Source: Camelus ferus (Eukaryota). Taken from it: a stretch of DNA of 64,000 nt. The translations under genes and the position numbers were made by a program. The notes under the pieces were generated by a model, which worked only from the letters and a program-made list of their open reading frames with translations, was not told where the DNA came from and did no database searches. The stretch lies in NCBI RefSeq assembly GCF_009834535.1, contig NC_045697.1, positions 70,744,001-70,808,000 of the forward strand, written 5' to 3'. Positions 12,482-25,930 of this stretch are shown here, one piece after another (the stretch's first letter is position 1; every line of letters begins with the position of its first letter).

Positions 12482-15400
12482 ATGGCATTAAACACATATC
12501 TATCAATAATTGCCTTAAATGTCAATGGACTAAATGCTCCAACCAAAGACAGAGTGACAGATTGGATAATAAAACAAGAGCCTACAATATGCCACCTATA
12601 AGAGACCCACCTTAGGACAAAGGCCACCTAAAGACTGAAAGTGAAGGGATAGAAAGATATTTCATGCAAATGGAAATGACAAGAAAGCAGGGTAGCAATA
12701 TTCATATCAGATAAAGTAGATTTTAAAATGAAAACCATAAAGAAAGATACTATTTAATGATAAAAAGATCAATAAAAAAGAGGATATTATACGCATTAAC
12801 ATACATAGCAAATGTTATATTAACATAACTTATTAGAAGCACTCAATATAGGAGCACCTAAATACATAAAACAAATATTAGTAGATATAAAGAGAGAAAT
12901 GGATGGAATTACAATAATAGTAGGAAATTTTAACACCCTGCTGACATCAGTGGACAGATCTTCCAGACAGAAAATCATTAAGGTAACAGAGATCCTACAT
13001 GACACAATAAAACAGTTAGATTTAATTGATATTTTCAGTACATTACATTTAAAAAAAAACAGAATAAACATTCTTTTCAAGTATACATAGGATATTATCT
13101 AGGATAGTCCACATACTATGAAACAAAACATTTCTCAACAAATTTAAGAGAACAGAAATTATTTCAAGCATCTTTTCTAACCACAACGGCATGAAACTAG
13201 AAACTAGATCTCAATTACAGATAAAGAAATGAGAGGGAAAAAATGATTACACGGAGACTAAACAACCTGCTACTAAAAAACCAATGGGTCAGTAAGGAAA
13301 TCAAAGAGGAAATTTAAAATATACCTTGAGACAGATAACAATGAAAGGCACAATCACACAAAATCTATGGGATACAGCAAAAGCAGTTCTTAGAAGGGAG
13401 TTGATAGAGATACAGGCCTTCCTCAAAAAAAAACAAGAAAAATCTCAAATAAACAACCTAACCTACCACCTAAAAGAACTGGAAAAAGTCAGCAAAGCCT
13501 AAAGTCAGCAGAAGTAAGGAAATAATAAAGATAAGGGAGGAAATAAATAAAATAAGAGATTTTTTTAAAATAATAGAAAAAAATCAATAAAACCAAGAGC
13601 TGGTTCTTTGAAAGAGTAAACAAAATCAGCAAACCTCTGGCCAGGCTCATCAAGAAGAAAAGAGAGAGGACCCAAATAAACAAAATAAATAAAGGAGGAG
13701 AAATAACAACTGATACCACAGAAATACAAAAATCCAAAACAGAATACTATGAATGATCATATGACAACAAATTGGACAACCTAGAAGAAATGGACAAGTT
13801 TCTAGAAACATACAGCATACCAAAACTAAATCAAGAAGAAATAGATCATTTGAACAGAGCAATCACTAGAAGTGAAATAGAATCTGCAATTTTAAAAAAC
13901 TTCCTGAAAACAAAAGTTCTGGACCAGATGGCTTCAGTGGGGAATTCTATCAAACATACAAAGAATTTATACCAATTCTTCTCAAACTCTTCCAAAAAAC
14001 TGAAGTGGAGGGAACACTCCCAAACTCATTCTATGAAGCTACCATCATTCTGATACTAAAACCAAAGACACTATCAAAAAAGAAAATTACAGGCCAATAT
14101 CTTTGATGAATGTGGATGCAAAAATTCTCAACCAAATATTAATTAGCAAACTGAATCCAACAACACATAAAAAAGATCATACACCATGATTAACTTAGAG
14201 TCATCCCAGGGTCACAAGGATGAGTCACATGTGTAAATCAATCAATGTAATAACACCAGATCAACAAAAGAAAAGACAAAAATGAAATGATCATCTCAAT
14301 AGATGCAGAAAAAGCATCTGATATAATTCAACATCTATTCACGATTAAAAAAAACTCTTACCGAAGTGGGTGTGGAGGAACATATCTCAACATAATGAAA
14401 GCTATTTGTGATAACCCACAGCTGCCATAATATCCAATGGTGCAAAGCTGAAAGCCTTTCTGCTAAAATCTGGAACAAGATAAGAATATCCCTTCTCACC
14501 ATTTCTATGAAATACAGTATTTGAAGTCTTAGCCACAGCAATCAAACAAGAAAATGAAATAAAAGGGATCCAAACTGGAAGAGAAGACATAAAATTGTCA
14601 TTATATGCAGATGATATGATACTACATATAGAAAACACTGAAGACTTCACACAAAAACTACTAAAACTGATAAACAAATTCATCAAGGTAGCAGGACACA
14701 AGATTAACATACAGAAATCTGTTGCATTTCTTTATATTAACAATGAGATATTAGAAAAAGAAAGTAAAAAAAAAAAAAAACCCCTTTTAAAATTGCATCA
14801 AAACATAAAATACTTAGGAATAAACCTGACCGAGAAGGTGAAAGACTTATACACTGAGAACTGTAAAACATCAATAAAGGAAATCGAAATGATTTAAAGA
14901 AATGGAAAGATATCCCATGCTCTTGGATTGGAAGAATTAATATTGTTAAAATGGCCATACTACCCAAAGCAATCTACAGATTTAACACAATTCCCATCAA
15001 ATTACTCAGTACATTTTTCATAGAACTAGAACAAGTAATCCTAAAATCTATATAGAATCACAAAAGTCCCAGAATTTCCAAAGCAATACTGAGGAAAAGA
15101 ACAAAGCCGTAGGCATAACCACACGCGGCCTCCACGAGGCTTCAGACAACACTAAAAAGCTACAGTAATCAAAACAGTATTGTGTAGTATTGGAACAAAA
15201 ACAGACACATGGATTAATGGAACCAAACATAGAGTCCAGAAATAAGCCCACAGAGTTAGGCTCAATTAATCTTTGACAAAGGAGGTAAGAATATACAATG
15301 GAAAAAAAGACAGTCTCTTTGACAAGTGGTTTTGGGAAAGCTGGACAGCTGCATGTAAATCAATGAAGTTAGAACACTCCCTCACATCATATATAAAATA

Positions 15401-16316
15401 AACTCAAAATGGCTTAAAGACTTAAGTTTGAGACATGATCTCATAAAACTCCTAGAAGAGAACATAGGCAAAACATTCTCTGACAGAAATAGTTAAAAAA
15501 AAAAAAAGGCAATAGAAATGAAAGCAAAAATAAACAAATGGGATCTAATAAAATTTGTAAGCTTTTGTACAGCAAAGGAAAGCATAAACAAAACAAAATG
15601 ACAACCTACAGAATGGGAGAAAATATTTGCAAAAGATGTGACTGACAATGGCTTAATTTCCAAAATATACAAACAGCTCATACAATTCAACAACAAAAAA
15701 AACAAACAACCCAAACAAAAAATGGGCAGAAGATGTAAATAGACATCTCTCCAAAGAAAACATACAGATGGGCAACAGACACATGAAAAGATGATCAACA
15801 TAGCTAAGAGAAATGCCAATCAAAACTATAATAAGGTATCACCTCACACCAGCCAGAATGACCATGAGTAAAAAGTCTACAAATGATAAATGCTGGAGAG
15901 GGTGTGGAGAAAAGAGAACCTACACTGTTGGTGGTAATATAAATTGGTACATCCACTATGGATAACAGTATGGAGGTTCCTTTAAGAACTCAAAAAATAG
16001 AGTTGCCATATGATCCAGCAATTCCATTCCTGGGCATATATCTAGAGAAAACTATAATTCAAAAAGATACATGCACCCCTCACAGCAGCACTATTTACAA
16101 AAACCAAGAGATGGAAGCAACCTAAATGTCTATCAACAGATGAATGGATAAAGAAGATGTGGTATCTATATACAATGGAATACTACTCAGCCATAAAAAA
16201 TGAAATAATGCCATCTGCAGCAACATGGATGGACCTAGAGATTATCATACTAAGTGAAGTAAATCAGAAAGAGAAAGACAAGTATCATATAATATAACTT
16301 ATATGTGGATTCTTAA
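12482..16316 (+). pseudogene. L1 ORF2p (APE endonuclease, reverse transcriptase, C-terminal domain), many stops and frameshifts
   Basis: Starts MALNTYLSIIALNVNGLNAP; IIVGNFNT endonuclease motif; LYADDM RT motif (YADD at 14604-14615); IKYLGINLT; broken into short ORFs. Confidence 0.95.
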
Positions 16317-17141
16317 AAAATGACACAAATGAACTTATCTACAAAACAGAAACAGACTCACAGACATAGAAAACAAACTTCTGGTTACCAAAGGGGAAAG
16401 GGGGTCAGGGAGAGATAAATTAGAAGTTTGGGATTAGCAGATATAAACTACTAATGTATAAAATAGATAAACAACAAGGTCCTACTATATAGCACAGGGA
16501 ACTATATTCAATATCCTGTAATAAAACAAATGGAAAAGAATATGAAAAAGAATACATATATATATACATATATATGAATTACTTTGCTGTACACCAGAAA
16601 CTAACACAACATTGTAAATCAACTGTACTTCAATAAAAAAAGACATAATCTGATAGGTAAAGGGAGAATTCTACATGTTTTTACCAGGAGTATCATTTCA
16701 CAAATATTGCTGGCAACCTACTTTCTTTCAAGCAATTAATAATGTAGTAGATAAACCATCATCTTTACTATTTGTCTCAACAGAATGTTTTATGACAAAT
16801 ACATGTTCTATGATAAACATATCACACACATATCTATTCAAAACATAAATTAAAGATTTCTTTATTTAAAATTTTATATTTATGAAAATAACTTTCAGTG
16901 TAAGTCATAATGCCTAAGAAGCATTCACTGAGGGCCTTACCATGTGCAAGTCATTATGTATAAAGCATTTATTAATGGCTACAGGGAATTTATAATCTAC
17001 TGATGAAAAAGTGACACATGTATTCTTCATTTAATATTTTTGATAAATGCTGTTGGAATATAAAGCTACTTAATTGTGAAATATCCTCTTAACTAGAATG
17101 CTGATAAATATATATAAACAGTGTATGGTGGTACACTGCCC

Positions 17142-17169
17142 GTGTGTGTGTGTGTGTGTGTGTGTGTGT
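17142..17169. repeat. (GT)n microsatellite
   Basis: About 14 perfect GT units. Confidence 0.95.
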
Positions 17170-17194
17170 ATTTCTGCTATATTCTCAGTCCTGT

Positions 17195-17504
17195 CTAATC
17201 CAATATGACTGGTGCCCTTATAAGAAGAGCAAAATTTGTACCTAGACATACAGAGGAAAGATAGTCATGTGAATAGAGACAGAGACTAGAGTTATGCTAT
17301 GACACAATAGAGAGGGCCAAGGACTACAAGAAGCTAGGAGAGACTAGGAACAACTCATTCCTAGAGACTTGGAAGAAAATATTACCCCTGCCAACATCTT
17401 GATTTCAGACTTCTGGCCTCCATAACTGTGAGAGAATAAATTTCCATTGCTTTAAGCCATCCAGTCTGCAGTACGATTTCCAGGCAGCTCTAGGAAGCTA
17501 ACAT
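17195..17504 (+). mobile_element. MaLR LTR 3' part (MLT1B/C-like)
   Basis: 'cctgccaacatcttgatttcagacttctggcctccataactgtgagagaataaatttccattgctttaagcca'. Confidence 0.85.
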
Positions 17505-18193
17505 ATCCAGCTAAATGGTATATGCATTCACAAATACCCACTGTAATGGGCAAAAGATCGAGGGTCATGAATGCTATAGGGATATACATACAAAGTACCT
17601 TGGCAGTCCAAGGAGAGATGATTCCTGATGAGAGAATTAGAAAGATTCAGAGTAGAAGTGGCCTTTGCAGTTGACCTTCATGGATAGATAGCATTCTAAA
17701 TGGAAGAAGATGCCAGCTTTTACCTTCTGTCGGCTATAAGCATTGATGCTTCCTTCCAAAGGCTCCATAACATCTACTTCCTGAGGTTACCCTGACTAAA
17801 TGTGAACAAATATTAACAGTACTATTTCCAGCAGAAGTCGGGGTAGGGAACTGGTATTGCTGCCTTGAGTCAAGTTGCTTGGAATAATGAGCTGTGGGTC
17901 CCTGTCTAGAGCAGCCTTCTCTCATCTCCTTGACCTAAGCTTATAACAAGACTTTTGTCTTGGTCTCCTGCTTTGTAATTCATCTCCACTGCTATGTTTT
18001 GAATCCTTTCCTGAATCCTAATGAACTTGTCTGGGAGTCAGATACCTTATACAATTTTTGTTGGATTTTCAACAAGAAACTGGACCCCTTTCCTTTAACC
18101 AACATTTGCTGGAAGAGTCCTACTCCAAATAGATTAGTGACTGTCATGACGCCAAGCTCTGAGGAGCACCACTGTAATGGCACTTATCTGTCT

Positions 18194-18694
18194 TGTGACA
18201 GGCAGAATAATCGTCCCATAAAGATGTCCAAATCCTAATCCCTAGAATCTTCAAATATGTGTTTTTACATGTCAAAGGGCAATTAATATTGAAGATATAA
18301 TTATCTGACCTTGAGATAGGGGAGATTATCCTGGATTATCCAGATGGGCCCAATGTAATCACAAAGGTCCTTGTAAGTCAAAGAAGGAGAAAGGAGAGTT
18401 GGTGTCAGAGTGATGCAGCATGAGAAAGACTCGACCAGTTATTGCTGGTTTTGAGGATGGAGTGGAGTCACAAGCCAAGGAATGCAAGTGACCTCTAGAA
18501 TCTGGGGAAGGCAGGGAAATAAATTTCACCATAGAATCTCCAGAAGGAATGCAGCTCTATTGTCACTTTGATTTTAGATCGATGAAATCCTTTTCTGAAT
18601 TCTGACTTCAACAACTATAAGACAGTGTACTTGTGTAGTTTTAAGCCACCATGTTTATGCTAATTTGACACAACAGCAATTGGAAACAAATATA
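18194..18694 (+). mobile_element. MaLR solo LTR, near full length (MLT1D-like)
   Basis: 'tgtgacaggcagaataat...gagattatcctggattatccagatgggcccaatgtaatcacaaaggtcc...ttttaagccacca...cagcaattggaaac'. Confidence 0.88.
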
Positions 18695-18799
18695 CTTCCT
18701 TTCCACAAAACAGATCTTAGAATATCAAAGCTAGCTTGCTTTTGTGAGTTACCATGTTTTTTCGGTTTCCCAAAATTGCGGGAAAATATAATTTGTGGA

Positions 18800-19010
18800 T
18801 AATATCATTGGCTTTGGAATTCAACAAAGTAAAGGGGAAAATTCTACCTCATTTATTACTGACTATAGGGCCCTAATTAATGACTTGATTTCTCTGTGCT
18901 CATTTTCATGATCTGTTTAATGAGGATAATACTTTTCTCATCAGGCTGGTTTGAGGATTAATTGAAATAATGTATGTAAAGTGCCTTACTTAGTGCATGG
19001 CAAATGTTAT
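18800..19010 (+). mobile_element. MIR SINE
   Basis: 'ggctttggaattc...tctctgtgctcattttcatgatctg...gaggattaattgaaataatgtatgtaaagtgc'. Confidence 0.75.
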
Positions 19011-19844
19011 GAATTATTCAGGATTTCTCCATGCCTTTGGCTTCAGAAGTAAGCTCTCCTGTCAGGTTGGTGTAGGGATATTAGACAACATGAGTAGAAA
19101 AGTAGTTTGAAGCCATGTCAGGAAGTCTCTTTCATCACACACTGCTAAGGAGTCATGATTTAACTTGGTAAGCAAGGAGTGTCATTTAAATTTATAATGC
19201 TTCTTGTTTCAAAAATAGTACACCCTATAGGCTTGTATAGATACTAAGAAAAAAGTAAAAAGTCATATCTATTCCAAAAACAAGGACTGAGAGTCAATTT
19301 CCTCTCAGTTTCTTTATAATGTGGGGAAAAGACTATCAATAGTGATAAAGCAGATGGATATAAATTGGAAAGCACAATAATTGGGAGGCCTCTTATTCTT
19401 CGGGAAAGATCTGGTCTATCTACCTGGAAGTCGTTTTCCCTATCCCCATCTCCCCCTCATGTTTAAAAACACGTCTTCAACAACGTGGAAACAATCTCAT
19501 AGATGTTGCTTTTCCAAAGGCTTTTTGAACCATCTAGTCTTCCTTGTTTCATCCTGTTCCCTTATTAATACTTCCTGCACCTTTGGGGAAACACTCCACT
19601 TCTCAAGAAGTAAATGAAAGAGAAAGTGGTGGTATTTCATTTCAACATGAGAGATATAGATCTCCCAATTAAATCTCCACGGGTCAGGACAGAAAGAGGA
19701 TTCGCTTTTAGAACAGCAAATATGGTACACAAAAATGAATTGCAGGTTTTCATGTCTTCACGATTTTAAAGTGTCAGAGAGCTAAGCATTGTGGATCAGG
19801 AAAAAATTCAAATTCTAGGCCAAGAGAATCACATTTAGAATTCT

Positions 19845-20045
19845 GATATTAGAATAAGTTTGTGTCCTCCAAAAATATATATTAAAGCCTTAACCTCCAG
19901 TACCTCAGAATGTGACCTTATTTGCAACAACCTTAATAGAGTTGTTGCAGATATAATTAGCTAAGTTAATGCAAGGTCATATTGAGATACGGTGAACACC
20001 AGATCCAATATATGTCCTTATAAGAGGAAAGGAGACATGCACAAC
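19845..20045 (+). mobile_element. MaLR LTR 5' part (MLT1B/C-like)
   Basis: 'tgtgtcctccaaaa...aacctccagtacctcagaatgtgaccttattt'. Confidence 0.8.
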
Positions 20046-20089
20046 AAAATGAAGTGGAGGAAGCAGCCAAAGAGGTTAGTTCAGATTAA

Positions 20090-20327
20090 GTTCAGCGCAT
20101 CCTACAGGGAAATCTGTAAGGTAAATGATAGGTGTCCCACCCCAAAACAAAGGGACTGGACTTTTGTATTCCCAAATAGGATCCTGTGCTTTCCTTGGTG
20201 AGCCAAAGTTGATCTAAGAGAAAGAGACAGTTGTTAGCTATTAGTAGTCAATAGCTCACAGCAGATGGGAATTGGTACAGCATCTAGTAAAGGGAACCTG
20301 GTGAGGATACCAAAGGTGTCTACTACA
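20090..20327 (-). mobile_element. ERVL LTR fragment (LTR16-like)
   Basis: 'ctattagtagtcaatagctcacagcagatgggg...gtgtctactaca'. Confidence 0.4.
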
Positions 20328-20379
20328 GTGAATATGGGATGGAGATTGTAAATTTAACCTAACAATTGTCGGCATTCTT

Positions 20380-20800
20380 TAAGAAGACACTAGGAAAACT
20401 GGGACAGAAACAATACGTAAAGACAAAATAAAGTAATAAAAACTATCCTGAATTTTTTTTTTAAAAATCCTACACAATTTTAAAAGGATAACTAAATTCA
20501 TAGCAAAACATTTGGAATTAAAATCCAACTAAAATATTCTAGCAAAATTTTAAATGTAGAAGACAAATATTCTCAAGTCCTTAGGAAAAGAAAAAAGATT
20601 CTATTTCCTCACGAGTGAATGGAAATCAGATTGATTTCAGAATTCTAAGAGTATCAGTTATCAGAGGACAACGGATCACCACCTACAGAATCTGGGACTT
20701 TTTAAAAAGCATGTTTTTGGCTAATTAGTCTAACAGTTATCTTTTATATACTATAACAATATAAAACATTCTACCATATTCAAGAAATATTTACAAAATG
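20380..20800 (+). mobile_element. Old L1M/HAL1 ORF1-like fragment
   Basis: A-rich, with 'ggaaatcagattgatttcagaattct...agaggacaacgg' (cf. IRL.SDF...ARRQW). Confidence 0.4.
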
Positions 20801-20816
20801 TAACATGTAAATCACA

Positions 20817-21350
20817 TGTATTACTTGGATGCTTTTGGCTGCAAGTAATGTCAACAATAACTATAGCAACAAAACTCGACAGTATGATAAGCTTGGGTAG
20901 TATAATAATAAAATATCTAGAAGTATGGTAAATCTTAAATTGGATAATTCAGCATCTCCGTAACATTAGGGACTCAAATCCTTTCCATTTTCTCTATGGC
21001 TGTTCTATCTTATTCATAGCCTAATTTCCATCTTAGTCACAAAACTTGTGTACCAGGTAAAAAAGACGAGAAGTTATTGTTCCCTGTGTATCTATTACAG
21101 GCACAGAATCATCTCCCAGAAGGTTCTGAGCATACTTACACATTTGTTGTACCAGATGGTTAGGTCATGTGTGCTTTGTTCTTCCTTCATAAACTGGTTA
21201 TTTGCAAAGGGAATATATGGGTGCCACAATTTACTTAAACCAAGAAGGGATGGATGCCTGCACAAAATCATGTGTTTGTTAAAAAAAAAAAAAAAAGATC
21301 AATGGGGAGGCATGGAAAGGATTCAAGTAGGCAACCAACAATCTCTGTTA
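20817..21350 (-). mobile_element. MaLR LTR (MLT1J/K-like)
   Basis: Begins 'ggatgcttttggctgcaagtaa'; ends 'gtaggcaaccaacaatctctg'. Confidence 0.65.
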
Positions 21351-21529
21351 GATTGTCTTTCCGGAAAAAAAATGCATGAAGTTGTCTTTTAACTCAACAG
21401 GAGATGAATCATTAAAATCTCAAAAAATGTAAAGATGTTAGAAAAACTGAAAGTTTCTTTTCTATTCACTCTAGACCCAAACTAATTTATTCAGTTGGGT
21501 TACACTCTGACAAGTAGATGCTCACTTAG

Positions 21530-21650
21530 TTGTTGTTTTTTTCTGTTCAACAAATGTTTATTGAGCTGATGATATCACCAGACATTATACTAGGTACCAG
21601 GAACACAGCAATAAGCAGACACATGCTTACTGTTTTGATCGACTCTCCAC
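21530..21650 (-). mobile_element. L2 3' end
   Basis: 'ttcaacaaatgtttattgagc...ctaggtaccaggaacacagcaataagcagac'. Confidence 0.7.
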
Positions 21651-21652
21651 TC

Positions 21653-22138
21653 TGTTGATGAAGGAGAGATTCTTGCCCTAGGGTTATGGGTATGGCTGAA
21701 TACATGGCATCTGACACTGGACAGATGAGATCAGCAGTAGGTTTTAGTCACATACACTCACAGCCTGGCGGAGGAGCACACCTCATGCCGAGTAGGATTG
21801 CCCAGGGGTTGCCCTCAACGACAGAGTGAACAAGCAGAGGCTGGGGAAGGCATCCTCTTGTGGTAACTACAGCATGAGATGCTCTCTTCTTCCCTTGGAA
21901 GGATGTAATTGGCTAGTTTGAATAATTCCATGGACTGGCAGAAAACTGAAGCCCACTACTTAGGTAGGGATAAGCATGCACTGTGCCTGGTTGCAGTAAT
22001 AAAGACGGTTGTTTGGCTGGGGAGGTCTTATCTGCAGGAGCACAATGGGAAGGTGAACTTGAAGTTAGGTCATTAGAGGCCCTCCCAGTTTCAGATGTCA
22101 AGGCTGCATACAATATTAATTTTAGACCTTATATCACA
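21653..22138 (-). mobile_element. ERVL solo LTR (MER54-like)
   Basis: Reverse complement starts 'tgtgatataaggtctaaaattaatattgtatgcagccttgacatctg...ggagggcctctaatgacctaac...gataagacctccccagccaaacaacc'; TG...CA termini. Confidence 0.7.
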
Positions 22139-22249
22139 CTTTCAAATAATTTTTTCCTGAGCTATAAGAATTGTATAATATAATTGTATGTAGTTATACT
22201 ACATTCGGATACTACATTCTAATTAAGAATGTGTTTTTATTCATCATTC

Positions 22250-23480
22250 TCGAGATGTTTTGTTTCTTGAATCTGTTGATTGGTGTTGACCATTACATCT
22301 GGAAATTTCAGCTATTATTTTGTTTAATAATGTTTCTATCCCATTCTCTCTTACATCTCCCCCATGGGATGCCAATTCCAGGTATGTCAGGCTTTTCAAC
22401 AGTCGATGTCCTCCATTGTCTCTTTTTGTTTGTTTGTTTGTTTGTTTTTGGTTTTTTCCATCATTTTTACCTCCCTTAACTGCATTCTAGATAATTTGTC
22501 TAAACTTACTTGCAATTCACTAATTCTTTCTTCAACTAAGTTTACTTAAATTTAATTACTGTGAAATTCATTTATTGAGTTTTTAATTTCAGGTATTATC
22601 TTTTTCAATTCTACAAGTTTTAGTTGTTTTTTTTTTTCAAATTTGCTATGTCATCTCTCATATTTTGCGTACCTAGCAGACATTTTCAAACTATTTTATT
22701 TTTTTAAAAAAGAAGCATAGTTGTTTTACAGTCTATGTCAAAGAATTTTAATAGCTTAAGTGCTTGTGAGTTTATTTTTATTACCTGTTTTTTTCTGGTT
22801 CTCACTCACAGTGGCTGCCTTGTTTCCCCATGTATTTTGTTATGCTTGACAGCAAATTATTTGGAAAATTATTTGAAGCAATAATTTAAGGCTGAGGATA
22901 ATTTTATATATCCCTCTAGAAAGGATCTTCGTGGTTTTTACCAGGTCTTTCAGAGGGTACCAATTCAGGATCAACTTATGTCTAAATTTTAGGTTTGCAG
23001 TCACCAAATGGAACAAAGGCTCTTCACTTCAGCTCCTCCCTTACTATGAGGGTATAGCCCTGTGGGGTCTCATCTCAAAGTGATGTTTAGGGGGTAGTTT
23101 AAAATCCTTACCTTAGTGAACTCTGGGCTTTTTTTGTCTTCCTTTCCTCTCCCCACCCCAGAACCCTACCAAGCTGCTAAAATTATGTTCAGTTTCACAG
23201 CTACTACTTCCAGTTGGATAAATGAACTTCAGGGCAAAAGAGATTTGAGTTCCAGGCTTTCTTCTCCAGTTTCTTGCCCTCTCCTTAGTTTCAGTTGGCT
23301 TAATCTTCTCCTAGATTTTAGATAGCCAAATGTAACTATATTGTTAGATTTTGTTTATTTGTATTTAGGGATTTTGTTTCTTTGTTTTTGCTTTCATTTT
23401 AACATTTTTCTCTAGCTCTTTTAGTTGTCCTCAGCAGGAGGATTTGGTTCTAATTCTTCAGTTTGTTGTTACCAAGATGA
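22250..23480 (-). mobile_element. Ancient L1M 5'/ORF1 fragment
   Basis: T-rich reverse ORF1 signatures 'ggaaatttcagctattattt' and 'aattcactaattctttcttca...tttattgagtttttaatttcag'. Confidence 0.7.
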
Positions 23481-24495
23481 AATCTCATTCACTCAGTAAC
23501 TGACAAAGGTTTCTCCTATATTTGAAGAAATTTAAATAATTACTAGTTCTATTCTGATTCAGCCCTTCTCTACAAAGTCCATTATTTATACTCTTAGGAC
23601 ACAGTTTAGGAGATTATAAACAAAAGTCTCCTTTTCTCTTTCCTTAAAAATGAAGTCTGAAGGAGAGTGCTTTTTTACAGCCATTTTTATGGCTGAGAAA
23701 CTCAATAATGAATTTCAGTACTTTTGAAAAATCATACTGAACTTCTCAAGTATTTTTGTCTATGCGTTTTGCTATTTAATTGGTGTCTAAAAAAATCCAC
23801 TGGTAGATATTATTTGTCAATAAACTCTTCCTTGCTTTATTTTTATCTAGGAGCAATGACTTTCTATTTCAATCTAGTTAAAATTTGTATGCATGACCTC
23901 AACTATAAAGAAAAAAAAAGTAAAGATTGCTAGAGAATGCATAAAAACTTACTGGTATTTATCACCTATCATTGCAAAGTAGAATTCTCAGTGGTTTTAT
24001 TATCTTTTTTTTTTCTTTGCAGTTTCTTAATATCTTTCTAATTTTCCTAACAGTTTGTACTGCTTTTACAAGCAATTTTATATTAAATGTACAAGTATTG
24101 TGTACAACTATATTACCATGATCAAAATCATGTAAGCAGAAAATAAAAATCTGAGGAAAAAGCTCTACTACTATTTAACTCTGCCTGTAGGAATAGTAGT
24201 GTTTCACGTCTTCTGATTTTCTCTAAAAAGGATTTATTGCTATTTTAGTGGAAAAACTAATTAACAAAAATAGAGATTTTTGAGTACACTGAGTTATTCA
24301 CAATCATGCTTTAGTTAGTTTTCTTTCTATTTAAAAGAGCACAGGAAGGAATTGTCTGAGAGAACCTTTTAAAGCTTTGGTATTATTTCAGTTGAAAGGT
24401 ATTGATTGCCAAAAGTACTGTATGGTTGTTGCATTTAAAAGTAAGTTCAGATACAAGAGCCATTGTAAAGATAGCTTAAGCAACACGTGACCAGT

Positions 24496-24529
24496 ATTTA
24501 AGTAGGAAGAAGATTTAAGTAGGAAGAAG
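24496..24529. repeat. 17-bp perfect tandem duplication ATTTAAGTAGGAAGAAG x2
   Basis: Read directly from the sequence. Confidence 0.9.
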
Positions 24530-24704
24530 AATTTGAATTCTCATATAGTTTGAGGCTAGGATGGCCATTCTATGGCATATGGAAGTTGAAGCAGATTGGG
24601 AAGGGTTGTGTCTGAACCACACTTTGAATACCTTATATGATTGAAATTACTTATCATTTCTAGGTGTGATAAGTCTGTTCACTGGGACTCATTTTGCACA
24701 CAGA

Positions 24705-25095
24705 TGTTGAATTTGTTTGGATGCCATAACAAAGTACTACACTCTGGGTGGTTTAAACAATAGAGGCTTATCTTCTCAGAGTTCCGGAGGCTACAAGCCC
24801 AAGATCAAGGTTTTGGTTTCTCCTGAGTACTGTCTCCTTGTCTTGTACGTGGCCAGCTTCTTGTTGCACTCACACATTCTGTCCTCTGTGCATATGCATT
24901 CCTGGCACCTTTTTATGTATCCAAATTTTCTCTTCTTATTAGGATACCAGTCAGATTAAGATCCACCCTAATGGCCTCATCTTAATTTAGTCGGCTTTGT
25001 AAAAGCCCTATCTCTAAATACAGTCACATTCTGAGGTGCTGGGGGTCAGGGCTTCAACATACAAATTTGGAAAAGACATAATTCAGCCCATAACA
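24705..25095 (-). mobile_element. MaLR solo LTR (MLT1A-like)
   Basis: 'gccataacaaagtactacactctgggtggtttaaacaatag...cagtcacattctgaggtgctgggggtcagggcttcaacatac...attcagcccataaca'. Confidence 0.9.
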
Positions 25096-25499
25096 AAAGT
25101 AAATTACATTTATACAAAGAAGTTAAGAATAAACCATTATTTATTCTTATTCCCAGCAGTATTTCAGATATATTTTAATAAGTTCAACATATTCAAAGAA
25201 CAGGATGTAAGAGAAATTTTAAGAATAGCTCTTTGGAAAATTTCTTAGGACTTAAACCAAGTTGCAAGACCAACAGGAACAAGAAAATGAAAACTAAACT
25301 ACAGTCTCAATTTTCTTTAACATACATAGACACACACACTTAGACATAAAATATAAGGCAAATACGAAAGTAACAGCGGCTACTTTGGTGAAATTTTGTG
25401 CATTTTCATATTCTCTGCACTGAGACACATGACTTATATAACAAGAAAAAGTATTTAATGAGAAAAACTGTTAATTATTAAAGGGAGAGACAAACTGAT

Positions 25500-25930
25500 T
25501 TTATCAGTATTCGTCTTTGGTTGCAATCAGTAGAGAACAACTTTGTGTAATTTAGGCAAAAAGAGAATTTACAAGAATGTTATTCTGTTGCTTTGCAAAT
25601 CAAAAGGGCTGCTGAAACACCAGGCCATAGAAAGATCTGGAGTTAGGGCACCTCTGGGGAATCTGGACAGCAGGAGTTTACTGGCAGTTTTATCAATGAC
25701 CCACAGCGGAGATGCCTGATCTCTGACTGCATTTTCAATCCTGGCACATTCTATTCAAGAGAGTCTGACTGGGCTGGCTTGGGTCATATATCTACCTCTG
25801 GTGGTTGGGGTGAAACTTTGATTGACAATCCCACTAACAGAACAGACCATTCAGGAGAAAGAATTCCTCAAAAGGAAATCAAGGTGATGTTACCAAGGAT
25901 GGGAGGCCTACAATAATAGATCTCCACTGT
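25500..25930 (-). mobile_element. Old MaLR LTR (MLT1J/K/L-like)
   Basis: 'ctttggttgcaatcagtagagaacaact', 'gagagtctgactgggctggcttgggtcata', 'ttcctcaaaaggaaatcaaggtgatgttacc'. Confidence 0.6.

Larger units (their letters stand above)
11483..16637 (+). mobile_element. LINE-1, 5'-truncated within ORF1, inactivated, cetartiodactyl-type 3' UTR
   Basis: ORF1 and ORF2 homology throughout; AATAAA plus A tail; TSD AAAAGACATAAT at 11471-11482 and 16638-16649, with TT before the first copy (TT/AAAA endonuclease site). Confidence 0.97.

Noticed and set aside
11502..15819. Hydrophobic minus-strand ORFs (e.g. 14402-14710, 15493-15819) resembling membrane proteins
   Set aside because: They are antisense translations of A-rich L1 ORF1/ORF2
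17723..17934. Minus-strand exon-like segment ending AAG|gtaaaa
   Set aside because: Weak acceptors and no frame open through to the donor from the upstream acceptor
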